From: an uncultured Chlorobiaceae bacterium
GTDB taxonomy: Bacteria > Bacteroidota > Chlorobiia > Chlorobiales > Chlorobiaceae
Assembly: GCA_903929845.1 (NCBI GenBank)
Contig: CAIYWF010000077.1
Span: 1 to 34,297, forward strand
DNA: 34,297 nucleotides
Direction of reading: 5' to 3'
A model generated the notes under the pieces. That model worked only from the letters and a program-made list of their open reading frames with translations. It searched no databases and was not told the origin of the DNA. Of the stretch, positions 15,001-20,388 are shown piece by piece (position 1 is the first letter of the stretch; every line of letters begins with the position of its first letter). The translations under genes were made by a program, and so were the position numbers.

Positions 15001-17150
15001 CGGTTACCATTAGTGGTGCACGGGGCACCGGAGAGAGCAGTACAGAAAATCCTCTCCGTCAGGAAGCGCTGGTTGTTGATGCCCGGAATCTGCCATCAGG
15101 CACGGTTCTTGACTTTAACAAAGTTGAGTTTGCCATTGTTATCGGCGCCGTGCAGCTTATCGGTGGTACGGGAAAAAACTTTGTTATAGGTGACAGTGCC
15201 AGCCAGTGGATTGTACTTGGTGAGGGAGATGATACACTCTATGGCGGCGGAGGCGATGATACCATTGGTTCACATGGTGGCAATGATTTAATCTACGGTG
15301 ATGCCGGCAATGATACGCTGTTCGGAGGTATCGAAAACGATACGCTCAGCGGTGGCAGTGGCGACGATGTGATTTATGGTGACGAGTCGACAGCGGGTGG
15401 CAATGGTGTTGATACAGCGTTGTATACTGATGCGCTTGCAGGGGTTAAAGTTAACCTTGACACCATAATTCACGACGGAATTAACCCTGGAACAGCAGAT
15501 GACGGAATACTTTACACGACAAAAGAGCTTGTCGTAAGAACTGGTCACGATACCCTTTACGATATTGAGAACGTTATTGGCGGCGCTTATAGTGATATCA
15601 TTATCGGAAGCAATGCAGACAACAAGCTTGAGGGCGGTGCCGGGGACGATACTCTTACTGGCGGGAAAGGTAATGATACCGTGGATGGCGGTACCGGAAA
15701 AGATACGGCAGTGTTCAGCGGTACAATGGCTGATTACAGTATCAGCTATGATGCAGCGACACACAACTGGACGATTGTAGACACTATAGCTGGTCGTGAT
15801 GGTAGAGATACGGTTACCAACGTCGAAAGGTTCCAGTTCGCCGACGCGTTCCAGTTTCAGGGAGGCTCCGGAGACGAAACAATGACTGGAGGGGCAGGTA
15901 TTGATACGGTAACCTACCTGACCGCACTTGCGGGTATTACGGTTGATTTGGGTACTGGTAGCGCAACCTCATCGTCAGGTGGCAATTCAGGAATCGGAAA
16001 TGATACCTTGATCAGTATTGAGAATGTTATTGGTGGCGACTTTGCTGATACCATCATCGGCAGCAGCGCTGACAACCAGCTTTCCGGCGGAAAGGGTAAC
16101 GATACGCTGGATGGCGCCTCTGGTACGGATACGGCAGTGTTCAGCGGAAATTACGCTGACTACACTATCCGCTATGATGGTACAACACATGCGTACACGA
16201 TTGCAGACAAGACCGCAGATCGTGACGGAACTGATACGGTCATCAATATCGAAAAATTCCATTTTGCAGATGGTTATGGATTTACTGGAGGCCCTGGAGA
16301 CGATACCGTGACAGGCGGTACTGGTCATGATACCATCATGTACCTTACAGCCCTTGCTGGTATTACGGTTGATCTTGCCGCCGGTACAGCTACAACTACG
16401 GCTGGAGGGGATACCGCAGGAATTGGTACTGACTCACCACTTGTCGGTATTGAAAATGTTGTTGGAGGCGACTTCAATGACATTATTATCGGGAACAGTA
16501 GTGACAACAGGCTTGAAGGAGGCAAGGGTAACGACACTCTTCTTGGTGGGGGTGGTAATGATACTGCCGTGTTCAGTGGCAATTTAGCCGACTACGATGT
16601 CAGCTATAATGCGGCTACTGACACCTATACAATTACCGACAAGATCGCAGGTCGTGATGATACCGATACGGTCACCAATGTTCATAACTTCCAGTTTGCT
16701 GATGGAACGCATCAGGATATTTTAATGCCAACAGTGGGGACTTTCAGCCCGGGCAGTGGAGCGACAGGAGTGGGAGTCGGTAATGATCTTGTGCTCACCT
16801 TCAGTGAGGCGATTCATCCTGGTTCTGGCACAATAGCCATCCACAGCGGTTCACCGACAGGTCCGGTGGTCGCCAGCTCTGCCGATGCCGCAAGCGCAAC
16901 GGTTACGGCATCGGGCCGTACACTGACGATCAACCCGACCCATGACCTGGCATACAACACGCACTACTACGTCACTTTTGGTGATGGGTCAATTCATGAT
17001 CTTGCGGAGAACAGCTACGCCGGAACAACGACTTACGACTTCACCACCGGTGCAGACCCCTACGCAGGCGGAAGTCATGGAGGCAATAGTACTGGAGTAG
17101 AGTTATTGGGTTTAGGTGCTCTTGGTGTTCTTGCCTGGGCCATCTTTTAA
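81..17150 (+). CDS. Giant repetitive surface/secreted adhesin-like protein (DUF4347, Ig/cadherin-like, SwmB-like, beta-solenoid, VCBS-type repeats, RTX Ca-binding repeats, SbsA-type Ig, hydrophobic C-terminal tail); start codon uncertain
   Basis: Uninterrupted 5689-aa ORF. DUF4347 motifs EIVFV..IHIFSHG..LLLYGCNVA..GADVAAS.D.TG..GGNWVLE at ~222-660; SwmB-like domain ~2061-2372; ~40-aa PDGNVTVNNTGTG repeats ~2390-8930; TITGTNDAP-ended VCBS-type repeats ~9220-14680; GGxGxD nonapeptides ~15200-16700; Ig domain LVLTFSEAI..IHDLAENSY ~16725-17050. First in-frame ATG is at 237, inside DUF4347. Confidence 0.93.
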   Translation: MIVVVFSDFQKTGVFCQALFIDEFTGSGLVSSAVFENFSPVSSGPGNEIVFVMGNLPDQQALIGGIKLGVEIYILDPQGDAIAEMVSILNGRSGIDAIHIFSHGASGSLSLGSTTLNSNTLLDHQSQLAELGSHLTASGDLLLYGCNVAQGADGQAFIESIARTTGADVAASTDFTGVAAMGGNWVLEAKTGSIEGQNLSIDSFASVLYQDGGAVTIQQGDALGLRSYSLYDYFQGQEFYFAAGPVLIVSPYTGSTGADIVFKCITAPGDNSLTVGNWYTWTELKTTLPASFTNDQTYNNVLIDTLTANEWGTAMDFDIAARINWNNANLPATLEFTLGGSRTYTIGISKAAPPNTAPTAGSGSYTIYEGNSATVTLSKSNTSASDPENDALTFNPTSVSYTASTNAGLKGTYNNVSSSSYSVSDGKLTGNGGVFTWNVTYVDDPSTWGTAPANQTWSSTGNNSFNFGTGASDPEGDTVTYSYVSGKPGWMSVSGTTISGNIAPEYAEQTYTITVNATSSGTPSPIQRSFTITTGTAAQLNDAPTAAANSLALTAVGTRVFTAPNFGFTDLDNTVGLSTATGAALHHITITALPATGTLKLSGTAITLNQQILADNIANLTYTSGTTFDKNDTFSFTVNDGIADSASSYTVTLTDTLGATGQAPVIKLPSVTGSTLLVPYTDASYLNAAKAPATTDYVVTVNGTAVTVSSVGIASNSRTVTLTLAVPVAVTDHITISYTKPASNAVQDSSGNEAASFSTRDVVNGTVTTNSGTGATVITTQSSFDTSIPAPTGNVDVVNTGSGKVIVNALDPNGTIVTTGIGATTVKDPTGSVNTTNTGTGATTVDGAGASSVVTATGTGITNVSNPANNVQVINNSTGSTLITGVSSGNTVIPKGSGEVVVTSVLTTPGTITVDATNKQSNLTADNDSTGTINITGLINGASLKSTGSGNSSGATNIVTPVGNLILDNSGTSPVNITGFDTDKTLTLTGSGSTNVTSPDGNLTVVNNGAGTATVSGALDGKIVTPQGTGPVVVTSVLGAGSSITMAATGNQSNVTADNDGLGVINITGLTEGASLKSTGSGTGATNVVTPIGSLALNNTGTSPVNVTGFDTGKTLTITGGGSTNIVNPDGNVTVNNTGTGIATVSGTTNSSTITTQGTGPITVNSILTTGYGINVNAAANQHIILDNDGAGTITVAGATTGSTIYNIGSGTGTTNISDPTGTGTLTVQNTGADPLTVTGLDSSATLTNTAGSNGSGGIILASPDGNATINNLGSNTVTATGVHPDATISTTGTGTTTITDPSGSLTVNNTGSGTVSVGGLNDGSAITSNGTQPVTISSPDGNLIVHNTGTGVDTVTGLLNNKTVTTDGTGTTTVSDPASNVTLHNTGTGSLTVTGANNGSTVTTTGTTATTVKNPDGNVTVNNTGTGTATVEGTLTAKTVTIGGTGPIVVNSVLLSPGIITVDATLNQQHLTVDNDGTGAINITGLTNGATLKSTGDGTGTTTVVTPIGDLVLESTGTNVVVITGFDTGSKLSVTGTANTTVKNPDGDVTVDNTGQGIVTVEGVPDGKTVTASGPGTTLVNDPLGDITLHNDILTSVVSVSGVNTGKTVTSTGVGPKAVNAPDGDITINSTGTGVTTVSGTLNGSTVTTKGTGPITIHSDLVAGNTVNVNAAANTHITLDNDNTGAINVTGVTTGSTITSTGTGGAGATGTTTIANPTGNLIVDNTGTSPVKITGFDTNKILTVTGNATSSTEVVNPDGNVFVSNNGDGQLTVRGLNNGNSVNNAGAHPVTITNPDGNVYAINDGTGLISVNGVQNGSTVNCTGNGPQTIDLASLTATQSATVDNDGTGTVNVVNIPSGTAVTFTGNGPTTVSSLTGNVTLENLSTSLVTIANAANGSTITTIGDGPFFMDADVPMSQSVTVDITNNANISFDNDGPGVVNVIGSNNNTITTTGNGPMTVTNPLGDLVVANSGSGVVTVNGAANNAAITPQHEGPVVVNSLLASWNSITVDATGNQSHLTVDNDSTGIIKVTNLAEGAVLTSIGSGSGATNVVTPVGNLSLVNTGTSPVNITGFDDGKTLTITGSGSTNITNPDGNLSVLNNGLGTTTVSGALNGKTVTPEGSGPVIVTSILGAGSSITVDAKGNQSHVTADNDGAGVINVTGLIDGATLKSTGSGNGATNVVTPVGNLTLDNTGLSPVNVTGFDNSKTLSVTGSGPTTVSSPDGDMTVANNGSGLVTLTGVLENKTISATGSGNTAISTPNGDIAVANSGSGLVTLTGILDGKIVTTSGTGPATIDDPAGNVTVSNSGTGLVKVNGANDNSTVTTTGDHPVTISSPDGNLTVHNIGYGVDTVTALVSGKTVTTDGSGETIVSDPSGDVTLHNTGTGSLSVTGANNGSTVTTTGSTATTVSNPDGNVTVKNTGTGTTTVDGTHTGSVVTLDGNGPIIVHSDLLTPGYIGVNAALNQNNLTVDNDGTGAINITGLSNGASLKSTGSGTGTTTVSDPAGSISLNNAGANIVTITGFDNDKALTVTGTGPTTVSSPDGNASIINNGSGTVTLTGVKIGQTITASGSGPTNVSDPSGNITLDNSSLTGTISATGVNTGCTVTTTGVGLKEVNAPDGNVTINSTGTGKTTVSGTLSGSTVTTQGTGPITVHSDLTTGTVNVNAAANTHITLDNNNGGAVNVTGVTTGSTIHSIGIGTGSVTINNPVGNLTIDNTGTDPVKITGFDTNKTFTLTGSATSSTEVVDPDGNVVVANSSSAALTISGLNIGNSVTNKAGSGAVNITNPDGNVYAINNGTGAINVSGIKDGSTINSTGSGLETVDLETLGSGHSVTIDNDGSGLVNLLHVSNGTTVSFTGNTLASGSTTISSLSGEVTLENVSVSSSVISVSGIVAGSKIHTTGTGEIAITTALSAGEKIFIDPTGNDHLRITNTGAGQVDLLGSIALDSNDAMAFTLTGTGTTILNETGTLDLGNAPLTLSLAAGYIPQAGDSITLISNDGIDAVTGIFAGKEEGSLVMVGGYQFTISYKGGIDGNDVVLSMSRPPVVDTTDVTGAVAEQGTPAGNITDSGTIGFTDGDLADTHSVSTVTSSSGALGTLTAIRTHDSTGTGLGGVVTWNYSVAASAVEYLAASELKVESFTFSVQDSQGNSVSRTVDVTITGTNDAPTLGSVTNGSIVENALVSTTTDSGLSGTLIGADIDNNHTLTYGITGGTVDAELSTLKLIYGTLSVDTANGTFSYVKDASEVEALHSGENVSDVFTVTITDDHSVQTTQSYTVNLTGANDAPTLAAVTSGSIAEDALASTTTGSGLSGTLVGADVDNDKVLTYGISTGNVTAGVSTLASSYGTLTVNTSTGAYSYAKNAAALESLHVGESVTDVFTVTVTDNHGSQTTQNYTINVTGANDAPTLASVTSGSIAEDSLASTTTSANLSGTLAGADVDNDKVLTYGITGGTVATGSSTLKMSYGTLTVNTTTGAYSYAKDAAAVEALHASESVSDVFTVSVTDNHGAQATQSYTINLTGANDAPTLAAVTSGSIAEDSLASTTRSANLSGTLAGADVDNDKVLTYGITGGTVTAGSSTLKMSYGTLTVNTTTGAYSYAKDAAAVEALHASESVSDVFTVSVTDNHGAQATQSYTINLTGANDAPIINSNSSVMSGSITEAGHLDNGQAVLNGMGLDGLTHVTGTLSASDVDNNATQTWSVSDQTPATVYGTMTINSSTGNWDYALNNYLPATQALREGDVVTETFTARVTDDQGAYADQTVTVTINGTNDVPVVANNASALDGVVTEAGNNDNGTVVSGTATASATLIANDVDTGATQVWSLVGKPGSTYGVMSIDPATGKWTYTLDNTLAASQALREGDVDTQTYTARVTDDKDAYVNQTITITINGTNDSPVAVADTNTTSENATLTVNAANGVLANDTDPDTGATHAVNAVNGVSGNVGAAVTGTHGGAFTIAADGSYTFNPGSSFDWLAAGETTTTSVLYTVIDDKVATSSNTVSVTLTGTNDAAIITGTSTASLTETDAVLTTTGTLSVTDVDSPATFIAQTNVAGTNGYGHFSIGTNGVWIYTTDSAHNEFVKDTHYTDSITAATADGTEQMMTVTIAGTNDAPVISGTLIGSITETTGTPAALSTLTSSGTLAFSDIDVADTHTLGAMIASTGALGTMTITNTADTTGTGLGGQLAWSYSVDAATVEYLAAGETKDELFTFTLSDDQGGTTERTVTITLTGTNDAVAIVSGSTIASGVFTETDRSTGSAALDTVSSSIAFTDADLKDLHVVTVTGTSFAWSNGDLTQAQQDALAAAFHLGVKSDSTGIGSGIQAWSFSAPDATFDFLAKNATLTATYTVTFDDEKGSSASRDVVITVTGTNDAAVISGTSTATLTESNAVLTTTGTLSATDVDSATTFVAQTNVAGNHGYGKFSLSTEGTWLYTTNTAHNEFVGSTNYTDSVTVAAADGTQQLITVTIAGTNDAAIITGTSTASLTEGKTALSATGTLSASDVDSTATFVAQTNVAGSNGYGHFSVGTNGVWNYTTDSAHGEFVLGENYVDSITVTTADGTPQLVTVTIAGSNSGAVITGTSTASLTETNAVLTTTGTLVATDLDSPATFVAQTNVAGNHGYGHFTLGTNGVWSYTTDNAHNEFASGTDYTDSFSASTADGTEQVVTVTIAGTNDAAVISGTSTVSLTQNSVPLTTTGTLSATDVDSATTFAAQTDVAGNHGYGTFSIGTDGVWNYTAKSAHGEFLGGADYTDSFTVATADGTQQLVTVTIKGVDDPAVLSSAIATLPASSTESILQGLLTIRDADTPSAAFKPQENVRLADGHGTFTLDATGAWRYEFDDGAGEVSDLFTVYSTDGKSSTTVSVHKTSGPISLGNDSDNVPLVGVQVPVGVGFSEEHFTEGTLATLEQQLVDASKPKIITDGEGTPEEQQTFAEILKGGIQAYVPTVQDQQQVTVRTITFSKDSANTTASTVTISGARGTGESSTENPLRQEALVVDARNLPSGTVLDFNKVEFAIVIGAVQLIGGTGKNFVIGDSASQWIVLGEGDDTLYGGGGDDTIGSHGGNDLIYGDAGNDTLFGGIENDTLSGGSGDDVIYGDESTAGGNGVDTALYTDALAGVKVNLDTIIHDGINPGTADDGILYTTKELVVRTGHDTLYDIENVIGGAYSDIIIGSNADNKLEGGAGDDTLTGGKGNDTVDGGTGKDTAVFSGTMADYSISYDAATHNWTIVDTIAGRDGRDTVTNVERFQFADAFQFQGGSGDETMTGGAGIDTVTYLTALAGITVDLGTGSATSSSGGNSGIGNDTLISIENVIGGDFADTIIGSSADNQLSGGKGNDTLDGASGTDTAVFSGNYADYTIRYDGTTHAYTIADKTADRDGTDTVINIEKFHFADGYGFTGGPGDDTVTGGTGHDTIMYLTALAGITVDLAAGTATTTAGGDTAGIGTDSPLVGIENVVGGDFNDIIIGNSSDNRLEGGKGNDTLLGGGGNDTAVFSGNLADYDVSYNAATDTYTITDKIAGRDDTDTVTNVHNFQFADGTHQDILMPTVGTFSPGSGATGVGVGNDLVLTFSEAIHPGSGTIAIHSGSPTGPVVASSADAASATVTASGRTLTINPTHDLAYNTHYYVTFGDGSIHDLAENSYAGTTTYDFTTGADPYAGGSHGGNSTGVELLGLGALGVLAWAIF
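4050..8730 (+). repeat. Diverged intragenic duplication of a ~1.7 kb block of the solenoid region (~4050-5750 vs ~7045-8730)
   Basis: Colinear matches such as ccatcagcagccc.gatggcaacctta (4087 vs 7081) and aatcctgacgg.aatgtctatgccatcaac (5463 vs 8445), offset ~2.98-2.99 kb; the translated blocks are colinear. Boundaries approximate. Confidence 0.75.
9571..11028 (+). repeat. Four tandem 360-nt (120-aa) VCBS-type units; the last two are nearly identical
   Basis: Exact 360-nt period (lines 9601/9961/10321/10681 align); 10321-10650 vs 10681-11010 differ at only a few positions. Confidence 0.92.
13197..14408 (+). repeat. Four tandem 303-nt (101-aa) VCBS-type units, with a fifth dispersed copy at 12111-12413
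   Basis: Unit starts at 13197, 13500, 13803 and 14106; shared motif NDAA.I.GTSTA.LTE...L.TTGTL..TD.DS..TF.AQTNVAG..GYG.F. Confidence 0.9.
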
Positions 17151-17246
17151 CTCATGAACCGGCCGGTCGATCCAGCAACGGTCTGCTGGGGAGAGATCGG
17201 CCTTGCCGGTGAACTCAGGGCCATCAGCGACAGCGAACGGCGCATC
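17151..17246 (+). pseudogene. radA: Isolated internal fragment of radA/sms (C-terminal Lon-like domain)
   Basis: Translates LMNRPVDPATVCWGEIGLAGELRAISDSERRI, matching the RadA GE(V/I)GL.GE(I/L)R....(E)R(R)I motif. No upstream RecA-like domain, and similarity stops after RRI. Recognised from memory of the family, not by search. Confidence 0.75.
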
Positions 17247-17307
17247 GCTGTTCAATCTTTGAAGCCGCCGTACCACCGGGTTTTTCAAATACTCCGCGAC
17301 CAGCTCT

Positions 17308-18117
17308 TCAGTCATGCTGCTCCAATGGCAGATGCTGATGAACATGCTCCTTGCCATCATGGTGATGCCGATGAATATGTATCAGATTGTTTGACTCCAG
17401 GAGTGCCCGGTCATTTAAAACCGATTCAGCAGAGCCGCCCCTGACAATCTTCTTGTTTTGGCCAAACACATAAACCGTATCGGCTATCTCCCCGATAATA
17501 TGCAAGTCATGCGTCGCGGTAATAATGGTCTTTCCACGCCGGTTGGCATTGACCATAAAATCAATAATGTGCCGGACGGTTAAAGGATCGAGCCCTGCTG
17601 TCGGTTCATCGAATAAATAGACATCAGGATCAATGGCAAGAACTGACGCGATGGCAACCCGCTTTTTCTCTCCTATACTTAATTGATGGGGAACCCTGTC
17701 CAATAAATGGTGAATATCCAAAACCTGGGCAACCTCCCTGATACGCCGGTTAACCTCTTCCTCTGCAACGCCGAACTGCAGCGGCCCAAAGGCAATATCC
17801 TCTCTCACTGAGGGGCAAAACAACTGAATATCGGCATTCTGAAAAACAAGACCAACCCTTCGTCTGAAACGGTGTGCCGCCTGTTCATCAAACAGCGAGT
17901 GTTCAAGTAACCTCTCCCCGAAGGCGGTCACAGAACCTTGATGAGGGAAAATCAGTCCATCCAGGAGATGCAATAACGTCGACTTTCCCGTTCCGTTAGC
18001 ACCAATAACCGCAATCTTTTCACCCGGGCGAATGGTCATATCAACGCCGCACAGCGCAGGAAATTTACCCGGCCAGGAAAAATGTACATCCTTTACTTCA
18101 TAAATAAGGTCACTCAC
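17308..18117 (-). CDS. cbiO: ECF transporter ATPase (CbiO/NikO) with His-rich C-terminus
   Basis: Walker A GANGTGKST, VFQNADIQLF Q-loop, LSIGEKKR signature, FDEPT Walker B, THD switch; GTG start overlaps the upstream stop (GTGA). Confidence 0.93.
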   Translation of the reverse strand: MSDLIYEVKDVHFSWPGKFPALCGVDMTIRPGEKIAVIGANGTGKSTLLHLLDGLIFPHQGSVTAFGERLLEHSLFDEQAAHRFRRRVGLVFQNADIQLFCPSVREDIAFGPLQFGVAEEEVNRRIREVAQVLDIHHLLDRVPHQLSIGEKKRVAIASVLAIDPDVYLFDEPTAGLDPLTVRHIIDFMVNANRRGKTIITATHDLHIIGEIADTVYVFGQNKKIVRGGSAESVLNDRALLESNNLIHIHRHHHDGKEHVHQHLPLEQHD

Positions 18118-18965
18118 AGGGTATCTCCTTTATACAACAGGCCTGCGCAGATGATCACGGCGCACAACAGCCAGAACCACTCTTTCGGCGTCGCATGAAA
18201 TGCAGACAAGCGTCGAGGCTCACCGGTATATCCCCTCGACAGCATCGCCAAATAGACCTCTTCACTTATCTGTGTTGTTCTGTTCCATGTATTGGCAATA
18301 TTCCAGGCCACAACCTTCTGACCATGCCGACGATGCGACACTACCCCGACACGACTTTTCACCGAGGTAAAAATATTCTCGACCATTGTAGCAAAGAGAT
18401 AGAGATAGCGGTAACTCATCGATACGGTCAACACAAAGAGCTGCGGCACCCCAAATATCCTTAAAACCTTCAGTAAATCCGAGTGCCGGGTTGTCAAAGA
18501 CAATAAAACAACCAGCGATACCGAGGTGGCAATCCTGACCACAAACAAGAGAGCCCCGTCCAAACCGGGACGAGTAATGATACCATTGATCCCCAAAAGA
18601 TGAAACGACCAAACCGGTTCACCTGGCGTCACGATACTGAACAAGGTTGGAAGCACAATGAAAAGAGAGAACAACGGGATGAAAAGCAATGTTCTTGTCA
18701 AAAAGTGGTTGAGCGGAATTCTGGAAAAAACGGCAAGGAGTAAACATAAGCCATAAAGAGCGGCTATCAATCCAGTGCTTTTCAGGGTGACCGCCGTTAC
18801 AAGAAAAGCCAACAAGGATATTGTTTTCAAACGGGGATCAAGCGACTGCAAAAAACCTTTCCGATTGGCACACTCTTCAGAAAGGGTTGCGTCTTTTAAA
18901 AACGCAAGAGAGCTCAACAGTGAACGCTCAATAAAATCACGCCTCTTGTGTAACAGCTTATTCAT
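18114..18965 (-). CDS. cbiQ: ECF transporter T component (CbiQ/NikQ)
   Basis: LDPRLK motif, multiple TM segments, YRYL, KSR and AMLSRGY coupling motifs; operon position. Confidence 0.92.
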   Translation of the reverse strand: MNKLLHKRRDFIERSLLSSLAFLKDATLSEECANRKGFLQSLDPRLKTISLLAFLVTAVTLKSTGLIAALYGLCLLLAVFSRIPLNHFLTRTLLFIPLFSLFIVLPTLFSIVTPGEPVWSFHLLGINGIITRPGLDGALLFVVRIATSVSLVVLLSLTTRHSDLLKVLRIFGVPQLFVLTVSMSYRYLYLFATMVENIFTSVKSRVGVVSHRRHGQKVVAWNIANTWNRTTQISEEVYLAMLSRGYTGEPRRLSAFHATPKEWFWLLCAVIICAGLLYKGDTL

Positions 18966-19293
18966 GCTCTTTCACCAGCACTTTTCCTATGAACAATGCC
19001 ACTCCCGCGATGATCGCAATGCCAACAACCGCAGAGACGATATAGGCAATACTTGAATGAAAGAGATCCTTTCCCTCCCATCCCTGAAAAGCATAATCAG
19101 GCAGCGGAGCTTTCCACAAGTCGGAAAGTTTCAGAATACCCTGCGGGACAGAGCCTCTCATTTTCTGAAGCTCATCAACCCCCCACTCACCCCAGGCAGT
19201 TCCAGCCTTAAAACGATCAGGCAACATCAGCCCCAGAGGCGACAGGAGCATTAAAACACCAATTCCTGCCCAGAGTTTTTTGGCAAGCGTCAT
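18958..19293 (-). CDS. Small 2-TM ECF accessory subunit (NikN/PDGLE-like)
   Basis: Two TM helices flanking a loop with AWGEWG and APLPDY motifs; lies between M and Q with overlapping start/stop codons. Confidence 0.82.
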   Translation of the reverse strand: MTLAKKLWAGIGVLMLLSPLGLMLPDRFKAGTAWGEWGVDELQKMRGSVPQGILKLSDLWKAPLPDYAFQGWEGKDLFHSSIAYIVSAVVGIAIIAGVALFIGKVLVKEHE

Positions 19294-19970
19294 GATCTGC
19301 CCCCTTCAAAAAAAACAGAATCCTCTTTTTGTAAATATTTTACAACCAATGTGGTCACCAGAACCTCAACCCATCCTATGACAAGAAGATGCCCCAAAAC
19401 CATTGCAGGGACAGCAACATTCAGGCCATAAGGAGAGTACAACGGCTGACCATTTGCCGTATGATACAGTAACGGTTGCAGTCCAAATTCGATACCGGCA
19501 CAGAGAGCTGCCATACATATACCCACGTACGCACCAGCTCCAGCAGCAATGATACGTCTCCTGGAACCCGCCGGACTGTTCGAACTGATCAATCGGTAAA
19601 CATAATACCCTGTAAACGGAAGCACAACTGCCATGTTAAAACAATTCGCACCAATGGCCGTTATACCGCCATCTCCAAACAGGAGCGCCTGAATGACCAG
19701 GGCAACCGTAAGGGCAATACAAGCCGCCCAGGGCCCTAATAGAAGAGCAACAAGAACCCCTCCAACCGCATGACCCGTCGATCCACCGGGAATGGGCACA
19801 TTGAACATCATGATGACAAAGCTGAACGCTGCGCCAATCGCCAAAAAGGGAACCTGCCTCACCTTCAATGTTTTTTTAACCCTCTTTGAAGCAGCCATCC
19901 ATATCGGGATCATCACTGCACCAAAGACCCCGCAAGTCGCAGGGCTTAAATATCCATCCGGTATGTGCAT
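19290..19970 (-). CDS. cbiM: Ni/Co ECF transporter substrate component (CbiM/NikM)
   Basis: N-terminal metal-binding MHIPDGYL, GSTGHAVGG and QALLFGDGGITAIGAN motifs. Confidence 0.93.
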   Translation of the reverse strand: MHIPDGYLSPATCGVFGAVMIPIWMAASKRVKKTLKVRQVPFLAIGAAFSFVIMMFNVPIPGGSTGHAVGGVLVALLLGPWAACIALTVALVIQALLFGDGGITAIGANCFNMAVVLPFTGYYVYRLISSNSPAGSRRRIIAAGAGAYVGICMAALCAGIEFGLQPLLYHTANGQPLYSPYGLNVAVPAMVLGHLLVIGWVEVLVTTLVVKYLQKEDSVFFEGGRS

Positions 19971-20120
19971 GACTTTGGCTTCTTCATTGGCATACAGGCT
20001 TTTTTATGGTTCTCCGGAGACGACAAAAGCAGGTTTGGAAGAACAAATTACTATATTCAGCGCATATCCAAGGCACAAAATGCCTTTTTTTCATCATAAC
20101 CATAAACAAAACAAACAATT

Positions 20121-20309
20121 ATGGCACATAAAGTTATTGATACCTGTATCCTATGCGGAGCCTGCGAGCCTGAATGTCCGGTCAATGCTATTTCAGTTGG
20201 AGATGACACCTATATCATCAACGAAGCGGTCTGTGTTGACTGTGTCGGCCATCATGATGCTCCGGCATGCGTCGCAATATGCCCGTCAGAGAGCATTATT
20301 AAAGCTTGA
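20121..20309 (+). CDS. 2[4Fe-4S] ferredoxin (Chlorobium/Allochromatium type)
   Basis: CxxCxxCxxxCP plus CxxC-x8-CxxxCP in 62 aa. Confidence 0.95.
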   Translation: MAHKVIDTCILCGACEPECPVNAISVGDDTYIINEAVCVDCVGHHDAPACVAICPSESIIKA

Positions 20310-20321
20310 TATAAAGCCTGT

Positions 20322-20354
20322 TTCAATTCTCTCCCCGACGGGTAGAGAATTGAA
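20322..20354. terminator. Stem-loop between convergent ferredoxin and reductase genes, probable bidirectional terminator
   Basis: Perfect 11-bp inverted repeat TTCAATTCTCT (20322-20332) / AGAGAATTGAA (20344-20354) enclosing a further CCC-GAC-GGG stem; no strong U tract. Confidence 0.6.
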
Positions 20355-20388
20355 CAAGCTCTCTTCAGCACTTCGTTCCAAAGTCAAT

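Noticed and set aside
204-16587. Dozens of antisense and alternate-frame ORFs inside the giant gene (up to 561 aa)
   Set aside because: Shadow ORFs caused by repetitive Thr/Gly/Asn codon usage; Val/Pro-rich mirror translations with no recognisable motifs.
17154-17444. 96-aa plus-strand ORF as a real gene
   Set aside because: Only the first ~31 codons resemble RadA; the rest runs antisense into cbiO.
19971-20120. Cobalamin riboswitch or NikR operator upstream of the ECF operon
   Set aside because: No B12-box or convincing spaced palindrome visible by eye; needs a covariance-model or PWM scan.
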